Positions 30,527 through 38,719 of a DNA stretch of 64,000 bases are shown here, piece by piece. Position numbers and translations under genes: made by a program. A model generated the notes under the pieces. The model made no database searches. It saw only the letters and a program-made list of their open reading frames with translations, and was not told the origin of the DNA. This DNA is from an uncultured Elusimicrobia bacterium. Lineage in GTDB: Bacteria > Elusimicrobiota > Elusimicrobia > FEN-1173. Each line of letters begins with the position of its first letter. The stretch's first letter is position 1. The stretch spans positions 16,251 to 80,250 of the forward strand of contig CAYZXT010000009.1 in NCBI GenBank assembly GCA_964482515.1. The letters are read 5' to 3'.

Positions 30527-30551
30527 TGGCACTCGCGTCGCGTGAGTGCCA
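30527..30551. promoter_or_regulatory. Inverted repeat between the merR-like gene and hsp20 (operator or RNA hairpin candidate)
   Basis: TGGCACTCGCG-tcg-CGTGAGTGCCA (11-bp arms, one G:T position), 7 nt upstream of the AAAGGAGG SD of hsp20. Confidence 0.45.
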
Positions 30552-30573
30552 GAACAAAAAGGAGGTAACCGCC

Positions 30574-31005
30574 ATGCTGTTAGCAGAACTCACCAACAAA
30601 ATCTGGGATCCGCTTGAGGCCGTCAGCCAGATCCGCAACGAGATGAACCGGATGTTCCGGGAGAGGACCGGGTTCCCGGCCTTCCCCGCCTTGAACATTT
30701 GGGCGGGCGAAAACCAGGCCGTCGTCACGGCCGAGATGCCGGGCGTCGATCCCCAGGACATCGACATATCCGTGGAGGAGAACGTCCTCTATTTGTCGGG
30801 CTCCCGGAAATGGGACGAGCCGAAGGCGGAAGACGTCGTCCATCGGGTCGAATGTCCCAACGGTTCTTTCAGCCGCACGCTGAAGCTGCCGTTCCGCGTG
30901 GACGCGGATCGCATCCAGGCGACCTGTTCCAAGGGCGTCCTCACCGTCGTCTTGCCGCGCGCGGAGCAGGACAAGCCGAAAAAAATCCAAGTGAAAGCGG
31001 CCTAA
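30574..31005 (+). CDS. Hsp20/alpha-crystallin small heat-shock protein
   Basis: ...PALNIWAGENQAVVTAEMPGVDPQDIDISVEENVLYLSGSRK...FSRTLKLPFRVDADRIQATCSKGVLTVVLPR. ATG 30574 is preceded by AAAGGAGG. Confidence 0.9.
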   Translation: MLLAELTNKIWDPLEAVSQIRNEMNRMFRERTGFPAFPALNIWAGENQAVVTAEMPGVDPQDIDISVEENVLYLSGSRKWDEPKAEDVVHRVECPNGSFSRTLKLPFRVDADRIQATCSKGVLTVVLPRAEQDKPKKIQVKAA

Positions 31006-31028
31006 AAGCCGGAAGGAGGAGATGAGTT

Positions 31029-31421
31029 ATGTCCAACAATATGACCGTGCAGCAAAGCCAGGAAACCCAGCCCGTCCGGGCGGAGCGGAAGGTGTTCGTG
31101 CCCGCCGTGAACATCTACGAGACGAAGGAAAACATCGTGCTCATGGCGGACATGCCGGGCGTGGATGAAAACAGTGTCGACATCACGCTGGAGAACGACG
31201 TGCTGACCGTGCAGGGACGGTCGTCGGTGGAGGCGCCCCGGGGGCTTGAGCCGGCCTACGCCGAGTATTCCTCGGGCGACTACCGCCGCTCCTTCACGCT
31301 CTCGGCGAACCAGATCAACCGGGACGGCATCGAGGCCGCGCTGAAGAACGGCGTGCTGAAGGTGACGCTGCCCAAGACCGAGGCCGTGAAGCCGAAGAAG
31401 ATCGCGGTGAGGGTGGAATAG
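31029..31421 (+). CDS. Hsp20/alpha-crystallin small heat-shock protein
   Basis: ...PAVNIYETKENIVLMADMPGVDENSVDITLENDVLTVQGR...YRRSFTLSANQINRDGIEAALKNGVLKVTLPK. Confidence 0.9.
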   Translation: MSNNMTVQQSQETQPVRAERKVFVPAVNIYETKENIVLMADMPGVDENSVDITLENDVLTVQGRSSVEAPRGLEPAYAEYSSGDYRRSFTLSANQINRDGIEAALKNGVLKVTLPKTEAVKPKKIAVRVE

Positions 31422-31448
31422 GGCCCGCGCGCCGGCGCCAAAAGAAAA

Positions 31449-31480
31449 GACCCCGCTGCCGAGGCACGGGGTCTTTTTTT
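31449..31480. terminator. Intrinsic terminator (bidirectional context)
   Basis: AAAAGAAAA-GACCCCG-ctgccgaggca-CGGGGTC-TTTTTTT lies between hsp20(+) and 31528..31935(-). Confidence 0.8.
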
Positions 31481-31527
31481 ATAAGCGGCGCTTCAACGAA
31501 TCTTTATGGCGACGGGCGGTTTGACGC

Positions 31528-31935
31528 TCAGGGGCCGTAGACGGTCCTGATCCGGCAGCGGAGCTCGAAGCCGCAGGGTTCCTTGGAGCCGTCGAACAGG
31601 GTCTCCATGCAAGTGCCCCGGCTTTCCGAAGAGGTCTCTCCGCCCTCGATGACGGACTTGATCTTGCCGGCGAGGTCGAAGGACCCGTGCCCGCAGCGTC
31701 CGGGGCAGGGGACGGTGAAATCGCACTGGTCCCCGGGAGTGTAGACGCGCGTCTGGTTGTCCATCAAATGTTGCTGCGGCGTGCGGAACTCCAGGTCCAC
31801 GGTCAATTTCTGGACGGAGGGATACCGCTCGCGGAGCGGTCCGATGGAGCGCGCCATCTTCTCGCGCATCACCTTCTGCTCGTTCTTGTTGGGGCCGGCG
31901 GGGGCCCGGCGTTTCTTTTTAAACGGTTGCGCCAT
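31528..31935 (-). CDS. Cys-rich hypothetical protein with a basic N-terminus
   Basis: MAQPFKKKRRAPAGPNKNEQK...DQCDFTVPCPGRCGHGSF...GTCMETLFDGSKEPCGFELRC. It starts 27 nt after the DEAD-box gene stop on the same strand. I recognise no family. Confidence 0.5.
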   Translation of the reverse strand: MAQPFKKKRRAPAGPNKNEQKVMREKMARSIGPLRERYPSVQKLTVDLEFRTPQQHLMDNQTRVYTPGDQCDFTVPCPGRCGHGSFDLAGKIKSVIEGGETSSESRGTCMETLFDGSKEPCGFELRCRIRTVYGP

Positions 31936-31962
31936 GTCTCGTGTCTTCCTATCTCTTGAGTT

Positions 31963-33207
31963 TTACTTCCACCGTCGCCGGTGTTGTTGTGGTTTCTGGT
32001 GCTGATGGTGTCCGTGGGAAGAATGCCGGTTGTGGTGCTGCCCCGGGCGGCTGGAGGACGCGTTCACGGGCAGCCTGGGCGGGTTGTTGTACCGGAAGTC
32101 CGGCACCACGGCCCGCGGGAAGACGACCCGGATGAACCGCTCGATGGCCTTCAGGAAACTTTCCTCCGACGGATCGTAGAGCGTGATGGCGTCGCCCACG
32201 CCGTAGGCCCGGGCGGTGCGTCCGACCCGGTGGACGTAGTCCTCGGGGTGGCGGGGCACGTCGAAGTTCACCACGTGGCTGATGTGGCGCACGTCGATGC
32301 CGCGCGCCGCGATGTCGGTGGCCACCAGGATCTGCGTGCGGCCGTGGCGGAAATCCTCCATGGCGGTGACGCGCTGGTTCTGGGACCTGTTGGAGTGCAG
32401 CGTGCCGACGCGGTAGCCCTTTTGCTGGAGCCGCTTCGCCACCTTGTCCGCGCCGTGCTTGGTCCGCATGAACACCAGGACCGATTTCATTTCCGTGGAA
32501 GACAGCAGCGTTTCCAAGAGCTCGAACTTCTGCGATTGGATCACGGGGTAGGCGATCTGGGCGATGCCCTCGGCCACCGTGGTCGGCTTGGAGATCTGGA
32601 TGCGCAGCGGGTTGTGCATGGCGAAGGCCGCGATGCGCTCGATCTCGTCGTGGAGCGTGGCGGAGAAAAGCTGCGTCTGCCGCTGTTTCGGGACGCGGCC
32701 CAGGATGGCCTTGATGTCCGGCAGGAAACCCATGTCGAGCATGCGGTCCGCTTCGTCGAGGATCAGGTGTTCCACGCGGTCCAGGTTGAAACTGCCGCGC
32801 TTCAGGTGATCGAGGAGGCGTCCGGGCGTGGCGACCAGAATGCCGGCGCCGTGCCGAACCGCCGAGACCTGGGGCCCGTATCCCACGCCGCCGATGACCA
32901 CGGCGACTTTCATGTGGGTGAACTTGGCGCATTCCCTCACCGTCTGCTCGACTTGCGCCGCGAGCTCCCGCGTGGGGACCAGGATCAGCGCCCGGAGCCC
33001 GGGCTTCGGGTTCTTGAGGAGATGGTTCAGGAGGGGGAGCGTGAAGGCCGCGGTCTTTCCGCCGCCGGTCTGGGCGCAGCCGAGGATGTCGCGGCCTTCC
33101 AGCGCCGACGGGATCGCCTGCGTTTGGATGGGGGTCGGTTCCTTGAACCCCATGGCGCCGACGGCGCGCACGAGGTCGTGATGAAGTCCTAGTTTTTGAA
33201 ATGGCAT
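31963..33207 (-). CDS. DEAD-box ATP-dependent RNA helicase (RhlE-like)
   Basis: Q-motif GFKEPTPIQ, AQTGGGKT, PTRELA, DEAD (ILDEADRMLDMGF), SAT, ARGIDV and HRVGRTAR, with a His/Gln/Arg-rich tail. Confidence 0.95.
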   Translation of the reverse strand: MPFQKLGLHHDLVRAVGAMGFKEPTPIQTQAIPSALEGRDILGCAQTGGGKTAAFTLPLLNHLLKNPKPGLRALILVPTRELAAQVEQTVRECAKFTHMKVAVVIGGVGYGPQVSAVRHGAGILVATPGRLLDHLKRGSFNLDRVEHLILDEADRMLDMGFLPDIKAILGRVPKQRQTQLFSATLHDEIERIAAFAMHNPLRIQISKPTTVAEGIAQIAYPVIQSQKFELLETLLSSTEMKSVLVFMRTKHGADKVAKRLQQKGYRVGTLHSNRSQNQRVTAMEDFRHGRTQILVATDIAARGIDVRHISHVVNFDVPRHPEDYVHRVGRTARAYGVGDAITLYDPSEESFLKAIERFIRVVFPRAVVPDFRYNNPPRLPVNASSSRPGQHHNRHSSHGHHQHQKPQQHRRRWK

Positions 33208-33231
33208 AGTGTCTGTGTGTTGGACCGGGGC

Positions 33232-33723
33232 CTACCAGCGCTCGGATCCACCTCCGTCGTTGCCGCCGCGTCGTCCGCCGTCCCGCCGCCCGCCGCGTCC
33301 GCCTCCGCGTCCACCGCGACCGCCTCCGCGTTCGCCGCCGCCGAACCCGCCGAAGCCACCGCCGCCCTGGCCGCCGCGATCGCCGAAGTCGCCGCCTTGT
33401 CCGCCGCGCCCTCCGCCGAAACCGCCGCCACCACCGCGTCCGCCGCCGAACCCGCCCCCGCCGCCGAAGCTGCGCTTCTCCATGGGACGGGCCTCATTGA
33501 CCACCAGGGTCCGCGATCCCATGGGGCTGCCGTGCATTTTTTGGATGGCCGTCGCCGCGTTTTCGTCCGACGTGATTTCCACGAACCCGAAGCCCTTGGA
33601 GCGCCCGGTCTCACGGTCCATGATCAGCTGTACTTTTCCCAACGGGCCAAATGGTTTAAACATCTCGAGCAGCTGGTCTTCGGTCACGTCGTAGGGCAGG
33701 CTGCCGACAAATAATTTTTTCAT
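33232..33723 (-). CDS. RRM-type RNA-binding protein with a Gly/Arg-rich tail
   Basis: RNP2 KLFVGSLPY, RNP1 KGFGFVEI, then GGGGFGGGRGG repeats. Confidence 0.9.
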   Translation of the reverse strand: MKKLFVGSLPYDVTEDQLLEMFKPFGPLGKVQLIMDRETGRSKGFGFVEITSDENAATAIQKMHGSPMGSRTLVVNEARPMEKRSFGGGGGFGGGRGGGGGFGGGRGGQGGDFGDRGGQGGGGFGGFGGGERGGGRGGRGGGRGGRRDGGRRGGNDGGGSERW

Positions 33724-33869
33724 TTAATTCTCCTTTAAAAACGAAAACCGCAAAGGCCAAGGCCGTCGCGGTTGGTCCAATCCTATTTTTTAATGTGAGC
33801 GGCCAAGGCCGCCTTGTCTTTCACGGGGACATTCTAGCTTTTAAGTCGGAGGTCCGATAGGGGAGCGGA

Positions 33870-35024
33870 TTAATAGGCGAAGGCGATGCCGGCGCCGAGG
33901 TAGCGCACGTCGAGCTGGTAAAACTGTCCGTGTGGGTAATGGCCTTCGTAATATTCCAGCAGCACCTGGAAGGAGCGGGTTTCCTTGTAGGGACTGGTGA
34001 ACATCATCCCGGCCTTGACGCTGAAGTCCTGGTCCCAGCCCGTCTCTTCCCAGGATTGGACGCCGGCGCCGGCGATGAAACGGGCCCGCCGCCAGCCGGC
34101 CGGCGCTCCGCGGTATTCGATCCCGTATTGGTAGCGGTCTCGCCCGAGCGGCGTCTGCGACGAAACGATGCGCGACGGACCGCCGTAGGCGCGCAGGCCT
34201 TTCCAGTCGTAGGAGAGCAGGGTCTCCAGCTCCTCGTAGCTGATGTTGATCCGGGGCCCGACGGAGATGGGCTGGGGCAGGAGGAGGAATTCGTCCCCGA
34301 GGTGTGACGACTGGTGGAAGATCCGCGCGCGGGCGGACCATCCCCGGCGGCGGACGCTGAGCGGGAAGCCGACGATGTAGTCCGCGTTGAGCAGGTCCTT
34401 CGAGTAGGTGTGCATGTTGAAGATCGCGAAGACCGCGGCGCTGACGCCGAACTGCACGCCGTCCCCTTCGTGGCGGCGGCTGCGGAGACGGACCAGGCCG
34501 AAATTCTCGCCGAACCCCACCGCCGCGAAATTGAAGGAGCCGAAACCGGTGCGCAGCCGCTGCATCGTGGTGTGGAAGCGCGGCTGCTTCGGGTCGGCCA
34601 GGGGCGCGAGGAAAACGTCTCCGCGGGGAAAACCGATCCAGCGCTTTCCGGGACGCGCCTCGTTCCAGTCGGCCCAGGAGCTCCATCGGGAATATTTTTT
34701 CGGGTTGACGACAAGGAGGTCGACCACGTCTTCGACGCCGTCGAAGGATTCGATCTCCTTGGCGATCGCGCGGCCGACCTGCTCGGACTCCACGGTGCCC
34801 GTGAGAGTGACCGTGCCGTCGTCCGCCTTCACTTCGATCTGGCCCGGGGCGACGGCGCGGGAATGCCGCAGCCACGATTCGACGTACCCGCGGATGTAGC
34901 CGTCGGAATAATCGACGGATTTATTTTTTTGCGCGGCCGAAGATATGGACGGGAATGTCCCGCAGAGGAGCAAAGACAAAACGATGCTCGCCGAAACGAA
35001 AAGGATTGCTTTGATCCTGTTCAT
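33870..35024 (-). CDS. Exported BON-domain plus DUF1207-like protein
   Basis: Signal peptide, then a BON-like IEVKADDGTVTLTGTVESEQVGRAIAKEIESFDGVEDVVDLL, then FPRGDVFLAPLADPKQPRFH... (DUF1207-like), ending GAGIAFAY. Confidence 0.6.
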   Translation of the reverse strand: MNRIKAILFVSASIVLSLLLCGTFPSISSAAQKNKSVDYSDGYIRGYVESWLRHSRAVAPGQIEVKADDGTVTLTGTVESEQVGRAIAKEIESFDGVEDVVDLLVVNPKKYSRWSSWADWNEARPGKRWIGFPRGDVFLAPLADPKQPRFHTTMQRLRTGFGSFNFAAVGFGENFGLVRLRSRRHEGDGVQFGVSAAVFAIFNMHTYSKDLLNADYIVGFPLSVRRRGWSARARIFHQSSHLGDEFLLLPQPISVGPRINISYEELETLLSYDWKGLRAYGGPSRIVSSQTPLGRDRYQYGIEYRGAPAGWRRARFIAGAGVQSWEETGWDQDFSVKAGMMFTSPYKETRSFQVLLEYYEGHYPHGQFYQLDVRYLGAGIAFAY

Positions 35025-35198
35025 GCGGATCCTCCGATGGAAATCCTAGCTTAATAAAAACCGCTTGGTCGAGGCGTTTTTAATTCCGCAAAATATTTCG
35101 CGCAAAAAATGATTGATGTGGAGTAAAATGTTTTTTTAATGATAAGATCATGTGAGAAGCGAATATTCTCAATGCCGAAAACCAAGGAGGCTCAGTTC

Positions 35199-35258
35199 AT
35201 GGCAAAAAAGAAAGCAAAATCGAAAAAGAAAAAGAAATCCGGAAAAAAACGTAAATAG
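35199..35258 (+). CDS. 19-aa poly-lysine micro-ORF (candidate small protein or leader peptide)
   Basis: AAGGAGG lies 8 nt upstream of the ATG. The product is MAKKKAKSKKKKKSGKKRK*, encoded by A-runs (A6, A5, A5, A7). It is too short for the ORF track. Confidence 0.35.
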   Translation: MAKKKAKSKKKKKSGKKRK

Positions 35259-35270
35259 CTATTTTCTTCT

Positions 35271-35325
35271 CCGTCGGGGACGGGCCGGAGCGGCGGCGTT
35301 CGTCGCTCCGCCCGTCCTTGGACGG
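35271..35325 (+). other. Long GC-rich hairpin immediately after the micro-ORF
   Basis: CCGTC-GG-GGACGGGC(C)GGAGCG-loop-CGCTCCGCCCGTCC-TTG-GACGG forms about 14 + 5 bp with one bulge, by manual pairing. There is no clean U-tract. Confidence 0.5.
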
Positions 35326-35680
35326 AAGTTTTGATCCCGCCCCGTTCATTCTTCGCTCGATATAGTCCCGAACCGATTTCCATGAAATGATTTCCCCTTT
35401 CGCCTTTATGCCGGCGCGCCCGTCCCATTTTATCGGCGATGAGCCCGGTCGCGAATGACACCGAGGGGCGCCGTGAACCGGGACATCACTCAGGGTCGCT
35501 GGAAACGGCGGATGCGAGATGGGGAAAACCGCCGATCATGAAAGCCGTTCCGCCTCGGCGCGGAGTGGTTTTTTGACTTGGAACCAATCCGCTCCTCTCG
35601 CTGTTACCTATATAAGGACCACTTCAGATGGGGGAATTCAGCGGCCCTTTCCTGATATCTCAAAATAGAAGGAGAACACA

Positions 35681-36334
35681 ATGTCCCAAGCCTTGCAGAA
35701 TGCCTACGCCTCCTATAAAGTCCGGCAGGACCTTAAGCCGAAAGGGTTGGATGGATTGTCGGAAAAACTGATCGACCAGCATTGGAAACTCTATGAGGGG
35801 TACGTGACCAACACGAACCTTCTCAATAAATTGATATGGGATGCGGCGGACGCGAACGAGGAATTGAACAACGCGAAGCACGCCGAGATCCAAAGGCGCC
35901 TCGGGTTCGAATACAACGGGATGGTCCTGCATGAATATTATTTCGGCGCGCTGAAGAAAGGCGCCGGGGAGAGGCCCTCCTCTTCCGCGGCGTCGAAGTT
36001 CGCGGAGGATTTCGGCGGGTTCGACCGCTGGAAGAAGCAGTTCACCGAGATCGGCAAAATGAGGGGCGTGGGTTGGGCCGTCTTGAATTACGACCCGTCC
36101 CTGGGCCGGCTGAACAATTTCTGGATAACGGACCATGAGGTGGGAAACATCGCAGGGTTCGTTCCCATCCTGGTCATGGACGTGTGGGAACACGCCTACG
36201 TGCTGGATTACGGAGCGTCCGCCGCGCCGGGAGCGGGAAGGGCGGCGTATTTGGAGGCGTACTTCAGGAACATAGACTGGGAGACGGTCGCGGCCCGGCT
36301 CGAGGCCGCTCGCGCGCAAAAGCCGTCGCGATAG
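35681..36334 (+). CDS. Fe/Mn-family superoxide dismutase
   Basis: ...LSEKLIDQHWKLYEGYV...EYNGMVLHEYYF...GWAVL...LVMDVWEHAYVLDYG... carries the DxWEHAY signature. The ATG is preceded by AAGGAG. Confidence 0.85.
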   Translation: MSQALQNAYASYKVRQDLKPKGLDGLSEKLIDQHWKLYEGYVTNTNLLNKLIWDAADANEELNNAKHAEIQRRLGFEYNGMVLHEYYFGALKKGAGERPSSSAASKFAEDFGGFDRWKKQFTEIGKMRGVGWAVLNYDPSLGRLNNFWITDHEVGNIAGFVPILVMDVWEHAYVLDYGASAAPGAGRAAYLEAYFRNIDWETVAARLEAARAQKPSR

Positions 36335-36480
36335 AGATAGGGCCCCGCGCCGGCGGAAAGTTTCATCCAGGCCGTGGAATCCCTGGACCCCGCGAAGGAT
36401 TCGGCGATCGCCAGATGAAGGTTCTCCCGCCCGGCGCGTCGTTCCGCGAGGGATGTCCGCCAATAAGTTAAAATAACCGC

Positions 36481-37581
36481 ATGGATCCCAATCCCGCCGG
36501 ATCGAAGTGGAAAATCATCCAGCTGCTGCGCCGCTATCACAACGTCGCGCTGTTCCTCGGCGGGTTCATCTTCGACGCCGTGACGATCGTGCGCATCGAC
36601 TCCTGGCTGGACATCATGCTGCAGTTCGTGTATCTGCTGGCCTTGACGATAATCCTCGTCCTTCAATACCGTGAAAGCAAAGACGCCTGGCGTCCCAAGC
36701 GCTTCTTCTCGCGGATCTGGCGGTACAACGTCGAGGTACTGCATTTTCTGTACGGCGGTTTGCTGAGCGCCTACACGATCCTCTACTTCAAGAGCAGTTC
36801 CGGCTCTCGCCCCATCGTCTTCTTCCTGCTGATCGTCATCCTGCTCATCGTCAACGAAATGCCCCAGATCCGGAAATACGGCCACCGGCTGCGGCTGGGG
36901 CTTTACGCCTTTTGCCTGGCCTCTTACATGATCTACCTGGTGCCGATCCTGGTCGGCAGCATGGGCCCCTTCGTTTTTGTTTTGTCCCTGGCCCTGGCGG
37001 GGATCATGGTCTGGATCGTGGCCGGGATCCTGGCGCGGGGAACGGAAGACGCCCATCAAACGCGGGGACGGCTCTTCGCGCCCGCCGGCGCGGTCCTGGT
37101 CCTCATCGCCTTGTTTTACATGTTCCGGTTGATTCCGCCCGTGCCCCTCTCCGTCCAGTTCGCCGGGATTTACCACGCGGTGGAAAAGTCGCCGGAAGGA
37201 TACGTGCTTAAGACGCCCCGTCCGCCCTGGTACCGGTTCTGGCGGAAGCAGTCGCGGCCGTTCCTGGCGAGGCCGGGGGATTCGATCATGTACTTCGTGA
37301 GGATCTACGCGCCCTCGCGCTTCCGCCACAACGTGCGGATCCGCTGGCTGTACCGGCAGAACGGGAAGTACGTCACGAGCGACGTCATGCCGCTGTCCGT
37401 CATCGGAGGGCGGATGGCGGGCTTTCGCGGCTACGCGGGCAAGGCGAATTACAGTCCGGGGAAATGGCGCGTGGTGGCCGAAACCGACGACGGCCGCGCC
37501 ATCGGTTCGGTGTCGTTCCTGGTGGAGCCGGACGGGAGCGTCCACGAGAGGGAGTGGCTCGTCCTTCGGGACAGGAGCTGA
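36481..37581 (+). CDS. Polytopic membrane protein with a C-terminal DUF2914-like domain
   Basis: It has about 8 TM helices, then ...GDSIMYFVRIYAPSRFRHNVRIRWLYRQNGKYVTSDVMPLSVIGGRMAGFRGYAGKANYSPGKWRVVAETDDGRAIGSVSFLV. Confidence 0.55.
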   Translation: MDPNPAGSKWKIIQLLRRYHNVALFLGGFIFDAVTIVRIDSWLDIMLQFVYLLALTIILVLQYRESKDAWRPKRFFSRIWRYNVEVLHFLYGGLLSAYTILYFKSSSGSRPIVFFLLIVILLIVNEMPQIRKYGHRLRLGLYAFCLASYMIYLVPILVGSMGPFVFVLSLALAGIMVWIVAGILARGTEDAHQTRGRLFAPAGAVLVLIALFYMFRLIPPVPLSVQFAGIYHAVEKSPEGYVLKTPRPPWYRFWRKQSRPFLARPGDSIMYFVRIYAPSRFRHNVRIRWLYRQNGKYVTSDVMPLSVIGGRMAGFRGYAGKANYSPGKWRVVAETDDGRAIGSVSFLVEPDGSVHEREWLVLRDRS

Positions 37582-37791
37582 TTATTTTATTTCGAAGGTG
37601 ACGTAGGCCCAGCGAAAGGCGAGGACGGCGAGGCCGAGCATGAAGGCCGCCAGTAGGACCGAGAGGAAAGACATCCAGGCGCGGCAGCGGGAGCAGTAGG
37701 GCAGGGACAATTCCTGCCAGAGCCACATCCCCGCGTGGAACGGCCCCAGCGCCATGGCGCCGGGAAGTTTAATAAAAACAGGGACCCTGCG

Positions 37792-37818
37792 ATCCTCGCC
37801 TGCGGCGAGGATTTTTTT
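37792..37818 (+). terminator. Intrinsic terminator-like hairpin
   Basis: ATCCTCGCC-tgc-GGCGAGGAT-TTTTTTT. It lies about 210 nt after the stop at 37581 and 42 nt below the 3' end of the minus-strand gene 37860..38219. Confidence 0.5.
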
Positions 37819-37859
37819 ACAGCGTCCGCATATGTTTATGGCATGGGCCTCGGTCGTTG

Positions 37860-38219
37860 TCAGGCCTCGACGATGGTGGAAAATCCGCCGTAGGTCATGC
37901 GGTTCACGTCGAAGGGCATTTCCTTCATGTCCCCCATTTTCTCCATCTCCTTCATCACTTTGGCGTTGACGCGGTCGCGGTGTGCCCGCGATTTGTAAAC
38001 GATGTAGGCGAAGATCACGGTTTCACCGGGCTTGGCCTTCGCCAGGCGGGGGAACGGAAGACCGCACCCCGGCTGCACCCTAAAGTCTTCGCCGACGCAC
38101 TCCTTGTAATCCAGCGCGCCGTGTTTCATCCACGCTTTTTTACCAAACTCTGCCATGCGCTTGTAGGCTTTCAGGTTTTTCCTGGGAATGGGAATGACGA
38201 ATCCATCGACGTATGACAT
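37860..38219 (-). CDS. DUF1428 family protein
   Basis: MSYVDGFVIPIPRKNLKAYKRMAEFGKKAWMKHGALDYKECVGEDF... is the typical family N-terminus. Confidence 0.75.
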   Translation of the reverse strand: MSYVDGFVIPIPRKNLKAYKRMAEFGKKAWMKHGALDYKECVGEDFRVQPGCGLPFPRLAKAKPGETVIFAYIVYKSRAHRDRVNAKVMKEMEKMGDMKEMPFDVNRMTYGGFSTIVEA

Positions 38220-38255
38220 GGGAATCCCTCCGATCAGTTAATTGAGGCCAATTCT

Positions 38256-38663
38256 CTAATTGGTTGCTTTCTTCCGCCGCATCAACGCGTCGAGGCTCCA
38301 GGCGCCGCCGCCGTGGGCCGCGTAGAGGAGGAATATGAAGCAGAACAGGACCGCCGGTTCGCCCTGGTTCTGGATCGGCCAGAAGCCGCTGGGCTGGTGG
38401 AACTGGAAATAGGCGACGGCCATTTCGCCGGAGATGATGAAGGCGACGGGCCGCGTGAAGAGCCCGAGAAGCAACATTGCGCCGCCGACCAGCTCCAACA
38501 GTCCGCCGATCCCCATCTGGGACATCAGCGCGGGCTTTCCCCCGAACTGCGCGGGGACGCCGCCGAACCAGTTGAGGACCTTCATGCCGCCCGCCTGCAT
38601 GAACAAAAGCCCGGAAACGAAGCGCAGCAGGAAGAACGTGATTTTATTCGCTTTTTCCATCAT
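38256..38663 (-). CDS. DoxX family membrane protein
   Basis: FLLRFVSGLLFMQAGGMKV...GGLLELVGGAMLLLGLFTRPVAFIISGEMAVAY...GGGAWSLD. Confidence 0.7.
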   Translation of the reverse strand: MMEKANKITFFLLRFVSGLLFMQAGGMKVLNWFGGVPAQFGGKPALMSQMGIGGLLELVGGAMLLLGLFTRPVAFIISGEMAVAYFQFHQPSGFWPIQNQGEPAVLFCFIFLLYAAHGGGAWSLDALMRRKKATN

Positions 38664-38719
38664 GATTGACTTCTCCTTGTGGGGATGGTATTTACCGCCG
38701 TTCGTGGGAACGCTGCGGC

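Noticed and set aside
30527-30551. Calling the merR-hsp20 inverted repeat a canonical HspR HAIR element or a ROSE RNA thermometer
   Set aside because: The half-site order is swapped relative to CTTGAGT-N7-ACTCAAG. The hairpin does not sequester the SD as ROSE elements do. It is kept only as a generic operator or hairpin candidate.
33232-33480. Tandem GGC/GGT-rich repeats here, and similar repeats at 7164-7270
   Set aside because: They encode Gly/Arg-rich and GGFGG low-complexity tails of the RRM and TPM-domain proteins. They are in frame with clear domains and are not non-coding repeats.
35459-35560. Possible frameshifted CsbD-like small stress protein (MTPRGAVNRDITQGRWKRRMRDGENRRS*, with EMGKTADHE in another frame)
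   Set aside because: The similarity is limited to a few residues (N.D...G.WK) and requires an ad hoc frameshift. It is too weak to support.
37582-37755. 57-aa minus-strand ORF MALGPFHAGMWLWQELSLPYCSRCRAWMSFLSVLLAAFMLGLAVLAFRWAYVTFEIK
   Set aside because: It is plausible as a small CxxC plus TM protein. However, it has no SD, it lies antisense to the 3' UTR of the upstream + gene, and a + strand terminator-like hairpin lies just above it. The support is insufficient.
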